Below the pieces are notes generated by a model, which did not search any database, was not told where the DNA came from, and worked only from the letters and a program-made list of their open reading frames with translations. The position numbers were made by a program, and so were the translations under genes. A stretch of DNA of 64,000 bases from an uncultured delta proteobacterium (GTDB taxonomy: Bacteria > Myxococcota > Myxococcia > Myxococcales > Myxococcaceae). Shown in pieces: positions 29,369 to 39,188 of this stretch; within the stretch, counting starts at the first letter, position 1, and every line of letters begins with the position of its first letter. Location of the stretch: contig CAVZMH010000015.1 of assembly GCA_963776345.1 (NCBI GenBank), forward strand, positions 128,001 through 192,000. The letters run 5' to 3'.

Positions 29369-30111
29369 CCGCCACCTCCCGGCCCGCCGGGACCAGGCCC
29401 GTGGCCGGGGCCTCCTCCGGTCATCATCCCGGGCAGTCCGAGCCCGAAGACGCCCACGAAGGCCAGGAAGAGCACCAGCCCCACCCAGAGCCCGGAGCGG
29501 CGCCGCAGCCCGGTGGCCGCGGCGAACCCGAGCCCGATGAGCAGCGCGGCGAGGAGCTGGAAGAGATCGAGCGAGTCGAGGAGCCGGGCCAGCTTCGGCC
29601 CCCCGGCGTGCATCCACGCGCCGACCGACGCGGGCAAGAGATGTCGCGCCCGCTCCTCCGTCACCCCGAGCTGAAAGAGCGCCACCAGCCCCCAGAGTCC
29701 ACGCTCCACCGCCACCGGGAGCATCCCGACGGCGGAGGCGCTGTAGAATGCAGGGAACGGCGCCTTCTTCCCGAGAAGCCAGGCCACCAGCGCGAGCACC
29801 ATCGCGATTCCCAGCACCACCAGCGGTGTCACCACGAGGCCGCTGGCGATGCCGGTGACCAGCTTGAGCCGGCCGGCGGTGGTGATCTGCTCGGTGAGCT
29901 CGGCCTCGGGCATACCCTTGAGCTGGCCGGCCATCTCGAGCTTCTGGAGGATGCCGGGAGCGGGGTCCCAGCGGAGAGCGAACGCCGCGCCGGCGAAGGC
30001 CGTGGCCAGCATCAGCGCGAGGAGCGGCCACAGGATGCGCCGCCCCTGGACGGCGGCGGCGACACGGTCTCCGGGGTCGGTCAGCGTTCGAGGGAGGGTG
30101 AGCGCAGTCAT
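29365..30111 (-). CDS. Yip1 family membrane protein
   Basis: Multi-TM protein, TLTDP N-terminus, LD.F motif; first gene of the exporter operon, as YknW is in YknWXYZ-type systems. Confidence 0.75.
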   Translation of the reverse strand: MTALTLPRTLTDPGDRVAAAVQGRRILWPLLALMLATAFAGAAFALRWDPAPGILQKLEMAGQLKGMPEAELTEQITTAGRLKLVTGIASGLVVTPLVVLGIAMVLALVAWLLGKKAPFPAFYSASAVGMLPVAVERGLWGLVALFQLGVTEERARHLLPASVGAWMHAGGPKLARLLDSLDLFQLLAALLIGLGFAAATGLRRRSGLWVGLVLFLAFVGVFGLGLPGMMTGGGPGHGPGPGGPGGGG

Positions 30112-30288
30112 CGGGAAGTGCCCTGCTCTACGGCGGCTTGGGGGAGCGATTGCCGGGAGTTCCGACAGTGGCCTACCCCCCCGCGGACTCCACGCTTCCG
30201 GCCTGTAGCAGTTTATTTGCCGGCTCTCACACCCGGGGGTAGGTGTCTGAGGATCCACCGCAATCCGCTCGGGCGGTCCGGGGAGGGC

Positions 30289-32691
30289 ATGGTCGACAGC
30301 AGCGACTTGGCGCTGGTGCTCTCGGAGGCGGACGACATCGCCCAGAGCGTCTCTCAGAAGCCCACCACGGCGCACGCGGTCCTGGCGTTGTTCACCGTGG
30401 ACAACGCCGGGCAGCGGCTCCTCAAGGAACGGGGCGTCGACGAGGACCGGCTGCTCGCCCTGGTGAAGGCCGCGCCCATCGAGCCGGACGGGACGCTGCG
30501 GGAGCTCCGCGAGCGCGCCCGGGAGATCGCCCGCGCCTGTGGCTCGCGGGAGGCGGACTGCCTGCACCTCCTCATCGCCGTCACCCGGTTGCGGTGCGCG
30601 GGACACGAGCTGCTCGCCGGCACCGGGCTCGACCTCACCGCGGTGCGAAACACCGCCCTCTCCTACTTCCTCAGCGGGCGGATGCCCAGGAAGCTCGGGC
30701 CGCGGGATGCACGGGCCCCCGCCCGGCCGGCGCCGGTCCCGCCCCGCGCGCCCACCACGGTGGCGCTCCTGCCGGAGGGGTCGCCACGGGCGCTGGTCGA
30801 CTCGGACGGCGAGGCCCTCGCCGCGTTCCCCTTCCCCGCGCCCTCGCCGGCTCCCGCTCCGGGGCCGGTGCTCCGGGTGGTGACGCCGGCCGAGGAGCTC
30901 CCCTGGGAGCTCGATTCGGCCGCCTTCCCGCTCCTCGCCCAGCTCGGGCGGAACCTCACCGCCCTCGCCCACGAGGGCCGGCTGGATCCGGTGGTCGGCC
31001 GGGCCCGCCAGATGGAGGAGGTCCTCGACGTCCTCGGCAAGCGCCGCACCAACAACCCCTGCCTGGTGGGCGAGCCCGGCGTCGGCAAGACCGCGGTGGT
31101 CGAGGGGGTGGCCCAGCGGCTCCTCTCGGCGCCCGGGGACCTGGGCAAGAAGGTCGTCGTCGAGCTGTCCACCGCCGACCTCCTCGCCGGCACCTCGCTC
31201 CGGGGCTCGCTGTCGGAGCGGCTCAACGGCCTGAAGGAGGAGATGCGCCGCGCCTCCGGCCGGGTGGTGGTGTTCCTCGACGAGATCCACACCCTGGTCG
31301 GCGCCGGCTCCACCGGCGAGGGCGCCCAGGACGCGGCCAACGAGCTCAAGGGCGCGCTGGCCCGGGGCGAGTTCCCCTGCATCGGCGCGACCACCCACGA
31401 CGAGTTCCGGCGCTTCATCCAGGCCGACCCGGCGCTGGAGCGGCGGTTCACCGCGGTGGTGGTCCGCGAGCCAACGGTGCCCGAGACGGTGGAGATCCTC
31501 GCCGGGCTGCTGGCCCGCTACGAGGAGCACCACCGGGTGCGCTACGCCCGCGCGGCGGTGGAGGCGGCGGCCTCGCTCGCGGCCCGCTACGTCACCGACC
31601 GGCACAACCCCGACAAGGCGGTGTCCCTCCTGGACCTCGCCGGATCGCGCTGTGCGCGCGCGGGGCGGGACCGGGTCGAGGTGAAGGACGTCGCCGAGGT
31701 GGTGGCGCGCATCGCCGGGCTCCCCGTGGAGCGGCTCCTGACCGGAGACGCCGCCCGGCTCCTCCGACTCGAGGAGGAGCTCGGGGCGCGGGTGGTGGGC
31801 CACGCGGCGCCGGTGGAGCGGGTGGCCAAGGTGCTGCGGCGGAACTACGCCGGATTCGCCAGCCGCCGGCCCCTGGGGAGCTTCCTCTTCCTCGGGCCGA
31901 CGGGCGTGGGGAAGACCGAGCTGGCCCGCGCGCTGGCCGACGTGCTGTTCGGGACCCGCGACGCGCTCATCCGGCTGGACATGAGCGAGCTGTCCGAGTC
32001 GCACGCCACCTCCCGGCTGATCGGCGCGCCGGCGGGCTACGTCGGGTACCAGGACGGCGGGCAGCTGACCGAGGCGGTGCGCCGGCGCCCGAGCGCGGTG
32101 GTGCTGCTGGACGAGGTGGAGAAGGCCCACCGCGACGTCCTGATGCTCCTGCTCCAGCTGCTCGAGGAGGGGCGGCTGACGGACGGCAAGGGCCGCCAGG
32201 TCGACTTCTCCAGCACCGTGGTGGTGCTCACCTCCAACCTGGGCGCGGAGGCCTTCGGCCGGACGCGGGCCCGCGTGGGCTTCGGCTCTGACACGGCGGA
32301 CGAGGGCGGCGCGGCGGCGGCGCTCACCGAGGCGCGGCGGGCGCTGCCTCCCGAGCTGTGGAACCGGATCGACGAGCGGCTGGTCTTCGGGGCGCTCGGA
32401 CGCGAGGAGTTCCGGAAGATCGCCCGGATGCTGCTGGAGGAGAGCAGCCGGCGTCTGGCCGAGGAGCGGGGCATCGCCTTCGCCGCCGGGGACGACGTGG
32501 TGGACGCGCTGCTCGACGACGAGGAGATGGACCCCCTGCTCGGCGCCCGCCCGGTGCGGCAGGTGGTCCAGCGCTGCATCGAGGCGCCGCTCGCCGAGCA
32601 CATCCTCGCCGGGAAGGTGGCCGCCGGCAGCCGCGTCCGGGTGCGGGTGGTGAACGGGCGCATCCGCTTCGGCAGCGACACCCTGGGCTGA
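30289..32691 (+). CDS. Class I Clp/Hsp100 ATPase (ClpA/ClpC-like, no middle domain)
   Basis: Clp N domain; GEPGVGKT / FLDEIH; GPTGVGKT / LLDEVEKAH; GYVGY; VGF ClpP-docking loop. Confidence 0.93.
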   Translation: MVDSSDLALVLSEADDIAQSVSQKPTTAHAVLALFTVDNAGQRLLKERGVDEDRLLALVKAAPIEPDGTLRELRERAREIARACGSREADCLHLLIAVTRLRCAGHELLAGTGLDLTAVRNTALSYFLSGRMPRKLGPRDARAPARPAPVPPRAPTTVALLPEGSPRALVDSDGEALAAFPFPAPSPAPAPGPVLRVVTPAEELPWELDSAAFPLLAQLGRNLTALAHEGRLDPVVGRARQMEEVLDVLGKRRTNNPCLVGEPGVGKTAVVEGVAQRLLSAPGDLGKKVVVELSTADLLAGTSLRGSLSERLNGLKEEMRRASGRVVVFLDEIHTLVGAGSTGEGAQDAANELKGALARGEFPCIGATTHDEFRRFIQADPALERRFTAVVVREPTVPETVEILAGLLARYEEHHRVRYARAAVEAAASLAARYVTDRHNPDKAVSLLDLAGSRCARAGRDRVEVKDVAEVVARIAGLPVERLLTGDAARLLRLEEELGARVVGHAAPVERVAKVLRRNYAGFASRRPLGSFLFLGPTGVGKTELARALADVLFGTRDALIRLDMSELSESHATSRLIGAPAGYVGYQDGGQLTEAVRRRPSAVVLLDEVEKAHRDVLMLLLQLLEEGRLTDGKGRQVDFSSTVVVLTSNLGAEAFGRTRARVGFGSDTADEGGAAAALTEARRALPPELWNRIDERLVFGALGREEFRKIARMLLEESSRRLAEERGIAFAAGDDVVDALLDDEEMDPLLGARPVRQVVQRCIEAPLAEHILAGKVAAGSRVRVRVVNGRIRFGSDTLG

Positions 32692-32694
32692 GCC

Positions 32695-33576
32695 GTGGCG
32701 GCGACGAGCGCCCGGCGGCCCCGCGTGCTGGTGGTCGGCGTCGGCCGGCTGGGCAGCGCCCTCTCGGTCCAGCTCGGGAAGGCCGGATGGCCGGTGACAG
32801 TGCGCACCCAGTCGCCCGCCGGTCGGCGCCAGGCGAGGCGGCTCGGGCTGGTCGAGGCCGATGCGGCAGCGACATCCCGGGCCGAGCTGTGCCTCCTCAC
32901 GGTGCCGGACGCGGCGGTCGAGCCGGTGGCGCGTGCCGTGGCCCCGCTGCTCGGGCCATCCACGGGGCTGGTCCACTGCGCAGGCGCGCTGACGCTCGAG
33001 GTGCTGCAGCCCGCCGCGGCCGGTCGACCGACCGGGTCCTTTCACCCCCTGGTCTCGGTCACCGGGCCGGAGACGCCGCTCGGTGGCCACTCGGTCGCCA
33101 TCGCCACCCGGTCACGCATCCTCGCGCCGCAGCTCGGCCGGCTCGCGGAGGCGCTCGGGCTCCAGCCGCTCCGGGTCCCCGAGAACGGACGCGCGGCGTA
33201 CCACGCGGGGGCGGCCCTGGCGGCGAGCGGGCTGGTCTCGCTCCTCGACGCGGCGGTCGCCGCCTGGCGCGCGGCCGGCGTGCCCGAACGGGAGGCGATG
33301 GCGGCGCTGGTGGCGCTGATGCGATCGGCGCTTGCCGGAGCCGAGGCGCGGGGCACGGTCGCGGCGCTGACCGGTCCGGTCGTTCGCGGGGACGCCGAGG
33401 TGGTCCGGGCGCACGTTCGCGCCCTGCCCCCGGACGTCCTCCCCATCTACCTCGCGCTCCAGCAGCGGGTGCTCGCCCATGCCTCGAGGCGCCTCGCCCG
33501 CCCGGCGGTGGCCCGGGTGAGCGCGGTCCTCGGACCCGAGGCCGTCCAACCGCACCGACGCCCGCGCCGCGGCTGA
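32695..33576 (+). CDS. Rossmann-like + DUF2520 protein (PanG-like)
   Basis: GVGRLG, LTVPD, HCAGA, SFHPL, YHAGA, ALTGPVVRGD...H. Confidence 0.85.
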   Translation: MAATSARRPRVLVVGVGRLGSALSVQLGKAGWPVTVRTQSPAGRRQARRLGLVEADAAATSRAELCLLTVPDAAVEPVARAVAPLLGPSTGLVHCAGALTLEVLQPAAAGRPTGSFHPLVSVTGPETPLGGHSVAIATRSRILAPQLGRLAEALGLQPLRVPENGRAAYHAGAALAASGLVSLLDAAVAAWRAAGVPEREAMAALVALMRSALAGAEARGTVAALTGPVVRGDAEVVRAHVRALPPDVLPIYLALQQRVLAHASRRLARPAVARVSAVLGPEAVQPHRRPRRG

Positions 33577-33623
33577 GGCGCGGACAGCGACCCGAAGGAC
33601 TCGCTCAATCCGCCTCGAGTGGC

Positions 33624-34040
33624 TCAGCGCCGCCAGAGACGAAGCGCCATCGTTCCCGAGGCCACCACCATCGCCAGCGCGACCAGGACGAGCAGCAACG
33701 TGACGGCGGCTTCGGCGAGCGGCCCCGCGGAATGCCCGGCACCCGCGATGGGGGTCATCCTCGAGGTGCCGAGGATTCCGCCCGCAGTCGTCGTGGCCCA
33801 GTTCGCGAAGGTTCCGAAGACGAGAAGTCCATAGGTGAGGCGAGCGGCTCTCGGGCCCAGACCGAGCTCGTTCCAGGCGAGTCCGGCGATCATCAGGAAC
33901 ATCCCGTTCATCACCCCCTCGAGATGCCCGGCCAGCCCCGCCCGCGGGTTCCTCAGCTCCGGGATCACGAAGCCAGTGAGCAGCCCGAGGAGGAACAGCG
34001 TGATCCCAAGTCGAAGAAGACGCCGCGGGTAGCTCGGCAT
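33624..34040 (-). CDS. Small 4-TM membrane protein resembling the styrene-oxide-isomerase (StyC) family
   Basis: NPRAGLAGHLEGVMNGMFL, G.FAN; four hydrophobic segments. Confidence 0.65.
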   Translation of the reverse strand: MPSYPRRLLRLGITLFLLGLLTGFVIPELRNPRAGLAGHLEGVMNGMFLMIAGLAWNELGLGPRAARLTYGLLVFGTFANWATTTAGGILGTSRMTPIAGAGHSAGPLAEAAVTLLLVLVALAMVVASGTMALRLWRR

Positions 34041-34295
34041 GGACTGCTCGCCTCTCATTTCCATCAACCCATCCTGGATGAGGCGGCTCCGTCCTGCACC
34101 CCGCCTTGCGCCCCTCCTCGCGTGGCCCTCGCCGCGGGTCGGGTTGGACGCACTGGAGGGACGTAACTCCATGCCGATCCCCGAGTCTTTTCTCAGGTCT
34201 CGGAGACCTCGGCCTGAGCCGCAATGCCGCACGTGTGGCCCGTGGCGATTCCCCCCGGGCGACCGTCCGCTCTCCGCGACGACGGCGCCCCGCGC

Positions 34296-35591
34296 TCAGG
34301 GCGCGAGGATGATCCGCGGACCCTGCATCGCCTCGCGCACCGCCATCAGCGCGCCGTCCGACAGCGCCTCGGTCTCGGTCAGCCGCCGGAGCACCAGCTC
34401 GGAGTCCGTCGGGGCGCCGACGAGCAGCGCCTTCAGCTCGCCGAGCAGCGCCAGCGCCGCGTCCTCCATCTGCTTGCCCTGCGGCGTGGCCACGACCGGC
34501 TTCCCGGCCGTGCCGCCCAGGTACTTCGCGAACCCGTCCAAGGAAGCCCGCGTGGTCCGCGCGTCGTATTGCTCCAGCTTGGGCTGGAGCGCCGCCTTCG
34601 GCACGGTCAGGAGCCGCGGCACCCCACCCTGCGCCAGGCTCGGATGCGGCACCCCCACCTCCTGCATCGGGAACACGCCCAGGAGCCCGTCCTCCGGCGC
34701 CGGCGAGGTGTAGGGGACCACGTCCAGGAAGAGCGCGAGCGGGTCCACACCCTGCTTCGCCGCCTCCACGTCCTGCGGGTCGAGCGGCGGATAGGCCGTG
34801 GGCGCGCCGGTGAAGAGCAGTGGCAGCACCGCCTGCTCCCAGAACTCGTCCGGGGCCGAGCCGGTCTGCTTCGTGGCCGCCACCACCGTGAGCATCAGCT
34901 CGGCCAGCCGCGGCGCCTGCGGCGCCTGGTCACCGAAGCTCCTCGCCGGGTCGAGCCGGGCCAGCGCGCCGGCGATCTGCTGCTCGAACTGCGCCTTGGA
35001 CTCGGCCGACATCCGCTGGGCGCCGACCCGGGCCAGCGCGGCCCGGACGTCCGCCGACAGCACCGACGGCTTCGCCGCCCAGAGCTCCTTCACCCGCCGG
35101 CCATCGAGCAGCAAGAACTGGAGGAACCCCGGATCGAACAGCCGGGCGTAGTCCTCCGCCCGGAGCCGCACCGGCGCTACACCCGACGGCGCGAAGCGCG
35201 CCTGCGCCAGCGCCCGGCGAATGTCTGCAGTCACCTCGTCGAGCCGCTCGAGCTTGCCCCGGCCCAGCGCGTCGACCACTGCCTGGAACGGCGAGAGCAT
35301 CAGCACCGCCTCGGGGAACCCGAGCATTCCCCCCTCGGGCGCCTCGCGATGCGGGAACCAGAAGGCCTGGTCGCTGGCGATGAGCCGGTCGGCGAAGACG
35401 CCCGCGAGCCCCAGCGCCACCAGCTGGTGCTCGGGGTCCTCGGGCTGGAAGGGACCCATCAGGAGCTTGATGACGCCCTTCTCGATGTCCGCCCACGATG
35501 CCGACTCGAGGTCGACCGGGGCACTGGCCCGTGCCAGCAAGGCCGCAAGCTGCTGGGTTGCGGCGTCGAGATGTCCTGCGGAGGAAGCCAT
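34296..35591 (-). CDS. Conserved hypothetical protein (431 aa)
   Basis: Start MASSAGHLD; normal protein composition and GC3 bias; no recognisable motif. Confidence 0.75.
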   Translation of the reverse strand: MASSAGHLDAATQQLAALLARASAPVDLESASWADIEKGVIKLLMGPFQPEDPEHQLVALGLAGVFADRLIASDQAFWFPHREAPEGGMLGFPEAVLMLSPFQAVVDALGRGKLERLDEVTADIRRALAQARFAPSGVAPVRLRAEDYARLFDPGFLQFLLLDGRRVKELWAAKPSVLSADVRAALARVGAQRMSAESKAQFEQQIAGALARLDPARSFGDQAPQAPRLAELMLTVVAATKQTGSAPDEFWEQAVLPLLFTGAPTAYPPLDPQDVEAAKQGVDPLALFLDVVPYTSPAPEDGLLGVFPMQEVGVPHPSLAQGGVPRLLTVPKAALQPKLEQYDARTTRASLDGFAKYLGGTAGKPVVATPQGKQMEDAALALLGELKALLVGAPTDSELVLRRLTETEALSDGALMAVREAMQGPRIILAP

Positions 35592-35624
35592 GGGTGGGCC
35601 CCTTAGCGTAGAACCGGGGGCTCT

Positions 35625-38612
35625 GTGGAGACGCCCGGTGCCGGGAGGGGATTCCAGCTGGACGGTCGGACCCGGCTGGTCGCCCTGGTAGTCCTCCTGC
35701 TCGGGTCCGGGTGCGCCACGCTCGCCCCACGGTTCAGCCAGCCGGTCACCACCTCCTTCGCCCGGCAGCCGATGCGCACGCTGGAGACGGCGCGGGTCGA
35801 GCTGTACTACCCCGAATCGAAGCGCGACGAGGCCCTCCGGGTCATCCAGCGCCTCGACCGCTGCGTCGAGCTCCTGCGACGCAATCGCTTCTCCGGGACC
35901 GAGCGGCCCAAGGTTCTGGCCTACCTGACCACCGCCAACTTCGACAACGCCTACGTCCAGGCGCAGGTGGCCGGCCTCCCCCTCCAGATGGTGCTGGCCC
36001 ACCACTTCACCACCGAGTTCTTCAACCTCCTGGAGATCGGCGGGAACCACGTGGATGACGTCGCGTGCCACGAGGCGGTGCACTACGTGCAGTTCCAGGA
36101 GGTCGACGAGCTCTGGTACTACCTGAACCTCGCCTTCGGCGACCTGCTCGACCCGAACATCTTCACCGAGTCGTACTTCCTCGAGGGGATCGCCACCTAC
36201 TACGAGGGCCGGCTCGATCGGAACACCGGCCGCCCCCACAGCCCCATCTGGCGCGGGCTGTTCGAGTCGGGCGTGGCCCTCCGCAAGGGCGAGCTCTCCC
36301 CCGGCGACCTCTCCCCGGGACAGCGTGAGCTCCTGCCGTTCGGCGGGCAGTACCTCGCCGGGATGCACTTCATCGAGTGGCTCGCGCGCCGGTACGGGGC
36401 CGACAAGCTCTGGGCGCTGATCGACGTGCAGGGGCGGAGCTGGATCCCGGTGCTCGGCGTGTCGTTCCGCTTCATGTGGGTCTACGGGAAGGGCCCGGGC
36501 GAGCTGGTGGACGAGTGGCGCGAGTCGCTCCGCCACTCCGGACCCTGGCGGGAGCGGCCCCCTGCCCAGAAGGTGCTCGACCCCGACCTGGGGTACTTCG
36601 CCCGCCTCGCCTCGGCGCCCGACGGGACCCTGGCCACCGTCACCGCGGGCCTCGACTCGCCGGCGGAGCTGCGGATCCGCAACCCGGACGGCTCGCTCCG
36701 GCTCCAGCGCGCGCTCACCTATTTCTTCCCCGGCCGTCCGACCATCGCCACCAGCCCGCTCTCGGTCAGCGGCCTCTCCTTCGACGCCAGCGGACGGCAC
36801 CTCTACTTCGTCCTCGCCGACGTGAGCATCGACGGAGACACCGCGCCCAAGCTCCTCGAGCTCGACGCGAGCGACGGCGGCCTGCTCCGCACCTGGGAGA
36901 CGCCGGACTCGCTCGGCGGCGGGGTGGATCCGTCGGGCAGCCGCTACGTCTACGTCCGGAGCAACGCCGACACCGCGGACCTCTGGGACCTCGACCTCAC
37001 CACCGGCGCGCAGCGGAAGCTGAGCGACAACCGCGGCCGGCTCACCCTCGGGGCCCCGGCGCTCGCCGCCGATGGTCGCATCGTCTTCGCCCGGAAGATC
37101 GGCGACGACTTCGACCTCTGGCTCCGCACCGCCGATGGTGCCGAGCGTCCGCTGACCCGCGACGGGAGGTTCAACTACTCGCCGAGGTGGGACGGCCCGG
37201 ACCACGTCATCGCGCTTCACGAGGTGGAGGGGCGTACCCAGGCCGTCCGCATCGACGTCGGGACCGGGGAGATCACCGTCCTCACCGATGCGCCGTTCGT
37301 GGTGCTGGACCCGGTGCCGCTCCCCGGTGGCCGGCTGGCCTTCGTCAACCGCGAGGGATGGGGCTGGACGCTCGACCGGATGGACGTCGGGCCGGGCCGG
37401 CCGCTGCCTCCTGCCGACGCCGCGACGGCGTCCGCCGACACCGGGGCTCCCCCCGAGTCAGACGTGCCGGTCCTCTCGGACGAGCCCTACCAGGCGCTGG
37501 ACCACTTCCTGGTCCCCACCCTGCGGGGGCCGTTCATCTCCTTCGGCAGCCGCCAGCAGTACGGCGGGACCCAGAGCACCGTCTACGCCGGCGTCTCGCT
37601 CCAGGGCAGCGACCGCCTCGGCCTGCACCAGTACGCGCTCAACCTCGGCTACGAGACCAGCGACCCGGGCCCGACCTTCTCGATGGGCTACGGCAACTAC
37701 CAGCTGGCGCCGGTGTACCTCCAGGCCGTCATCTCCCGCGCCTCGGAGCCTGCGCTCCGGGACGTCTCCGACAACTCGTTCATCCCCAGCGTGGTGGACA
37801 TGAGCGGAGCCATCTCCGCCTCCCGGACCTTCTGGACCACCCCGCTCTCGCTCAACTTCTTCGGCGTGCACCGTCAGGAGGGCCTCGAGTCCGGGACGCG
37901 CAATGTGGACCTCCTCGGACCCGGCATCTCCAGCGCCTGGGCCGCGCTCGAGACGACGCCCTACGCGGGGGTGCGGCGGGGCATCTCGGTCACCGGCAGC
38001 GCCCAGCTCTTCTCCAAGGCGTTCGGCTCGGACTTCACCTTCGGGGACCTGCGGGCGACGACCGCCGTCTACCTCCCGCTCCCCTTCTGGGCCCGCCACA
38101 CCCTCCAGCTCTCGGTGCGGGGGCGGGCGCTCGCCGGAGCGCCGTCGCGGCTGCTCCGGGTCGGAGGCAGCAACCGGGGCTTCCTGGAGTGGGACTCGCA
38201 GCCAGACAAGTCGCAGCCGGGCACCGGGCTGGCCATCTTCCCGGACATCACCTTCCGCGAGCCGCTGCGCGGCTACGAGGACGCGACCCTCCGGTGCAAC
38301 GAGGTGGTCATCGCGGGAGCGCGGTACCGGGCGCCGATCATCGTCGACTACGGCTGGGCGTCGTTCCTGTGGATCCTCCCCTCGTTCTTCGTCCGGCAGG
38401 CCGACATCGAGGTGTTCGGCGAGTGGGCGCACACCTGGACGTCGGAGTCGTCGGGGCCGGCGAGCACGGGGGATCACCGGACGTTCGGCGGCGCAGTCTA
38501 CTTCCGCACCTTGTGGGGCTCGGGGGTGCCGCTGTCGTTCTACTACCAGTTCGCCGTGCGCCCAGACGACGGGCTCACCCCGCTGCACATCATCGGCGTA
38601 TCGCTCGAGTGA
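35625..38612 (+). CDS. Large lipoprotein: gluzincin-like peptidase + TolB-like beta-propeller + possible C-terminal beta-barrel
   Basis: Lipobox GSGC; HEAVH...FLEGIATYYE; PDG/DASG/DPSG/SPRW propeller repeats; EPLRGY motif and amphipathic C-terminal strands. Confidence 0.72.
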   Translation: METPGAGRGFQLDGRTRLVALVVLLLGSGCATLAPRFSQPVTTSFARQPMRTLETARVELYYPESKRDEALRVIQRLDRCVELLRRNRFSGTERPKVLAYLTTANFDNAYVQAQVAGLPLQMVLAHHFTTEFFNLLEIGGNHVDDVACHEAVHYVQFQEVDELWYYLNLAFGDLLDPNIFTESYFLEGIATYYEGRLDRNTGRPHSPIWRGLFESGVALRKGELSPGDLSPGQRELLPFGGQYLAGMHFIEWLARRYGADKLWALIDVQGRSWIPVLGVSFRFMWVYGKGPGELVDEWRESLRHSGPWRERPPAQKVLDPDLGYFARLASAPDGTLATVTAGLDSPAELRIRNPDGSLRLQRALTYFFPGRPTIATSPLSVSGLSFDASGRHLYFVLADVSIDGDTAPKLLELDASDGGLLRTWETPDSLGGGVDPSGSRYVYVRSNADTADLWDLDLTTGAQRKLSDNRGRLTLGAPALAADGRIVFARKIGDDFDLWLRTADGAERPLTRDGRFNYSPRWDGPDHVIALHEVEGRTQAVRIDVGTGEITVLTDAPFVVLDPVPLPGGRLAFVNREGWGWTLDRMDVGPGRPLPPADAATASADTGAPPESDVPVLSDEPYQALDHFLVPTLRGPFISFGSRQQYGGTQSTVYAGVSLQGSDRLGLHQYALNLGYETSDPGPTFSMGYGNYQLAPVYLQAVISRASEPALRDVSDNSFIPSVVDMSGAISASRTFWTTPLSLNFFGVHRQEGLESGTRNVDLLGPGISSAWAALETTPYAGVRRGISVTGSAQLFSKAFGSDFTFGDLRATTAVYLPLPFWARHTLQLSVRGRALAGAPSRLLRVGGSNRGFLEWDSQPDKSQPGTGLAIFPDITFREPLRGYEDATLRCNEVVIAGARYRAPIIVDYGWASFLWILPSFFVRQADIEVFGEWAHTWTSESSGPASTGDHRTFGGAVYFRTLWGSGVPLSFYYQFAVRPDDGLTPLHIIGVSLE

Positions 38613-38619
38613 CAGGGCC

Positions 38620-39174
38620 TCACCCGGCCGTGGCGTACAGCCCGTGCCGCTCGATGTAGGCGAGCACCTCGCGGTGGACGAGCCCCTCGCCTCCCCGCCC
38701 CGCGGCCAGCGCCGCTCGGACCTCGGTGCTCGACACCTTCGCCAGCGGCGGGCCGAGCGCCGCCGGGTCGGGATGCCCGGCGCGGTTGAGGATGACGATG
38801 CGCGCCAGCCGGCGGATCTCCTCCACCTCGCGCCAGCGCGGCAGCTCGGCGACGATGTCGCTGCCCACCACCAGCGTCCAGCGGCGCTCGGGCCAGCGGC
38901 GGTGCAGCGCCCGCAGCGTGTCCACCGTGTAGCCATCCCCGCCGAGCGAGGCCTCGATGTCCGACGTCGCCAGCCACCCCGCGGCGTCCCGGCACATCAG
39001 CTCGCACATCGCCATCCGGTGCGTGAAGTCGATCAGCGGCTTGCCGAACGGGTGGCGCGCCGCGGGCACGAACCACACCTGGTCCACCGGCTCGAGCGCC
39101 CGTACCACGTGCGCCGCGAGCAGGTGACCGAGGTGGGGCGGGTTGAACGACCCCCCGAGGAGCGCGACGTCCAT
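38620..39174 (-). CDS. nadD: Nicotinate-nucleotide adenylyltransferase
   Basis: GGSFNPPHLGH, YTVDTL, VGSD, W, VSSTEVR, YIERHGLY. Confidence 0.94.
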   Translation of the reverse strand: MDVALLGGSFNPPHLGHLLAAHVVRALEPVDQVWFVPAARHPFGKPLIDFTHRMAMCELMCRDAAGWLATSDIEASLGGDGYTVDTLRALHRRWPERRWTLVVGSDIVAELPRWREVEEIRRLARIVILNRAGHPDPAALGPPLAKVSSTEVRAALAAGRGGEGLVHREVLAYIERHGLYATAG

Positions 39175-39188
39175 GTCCGGCGGCGAGC

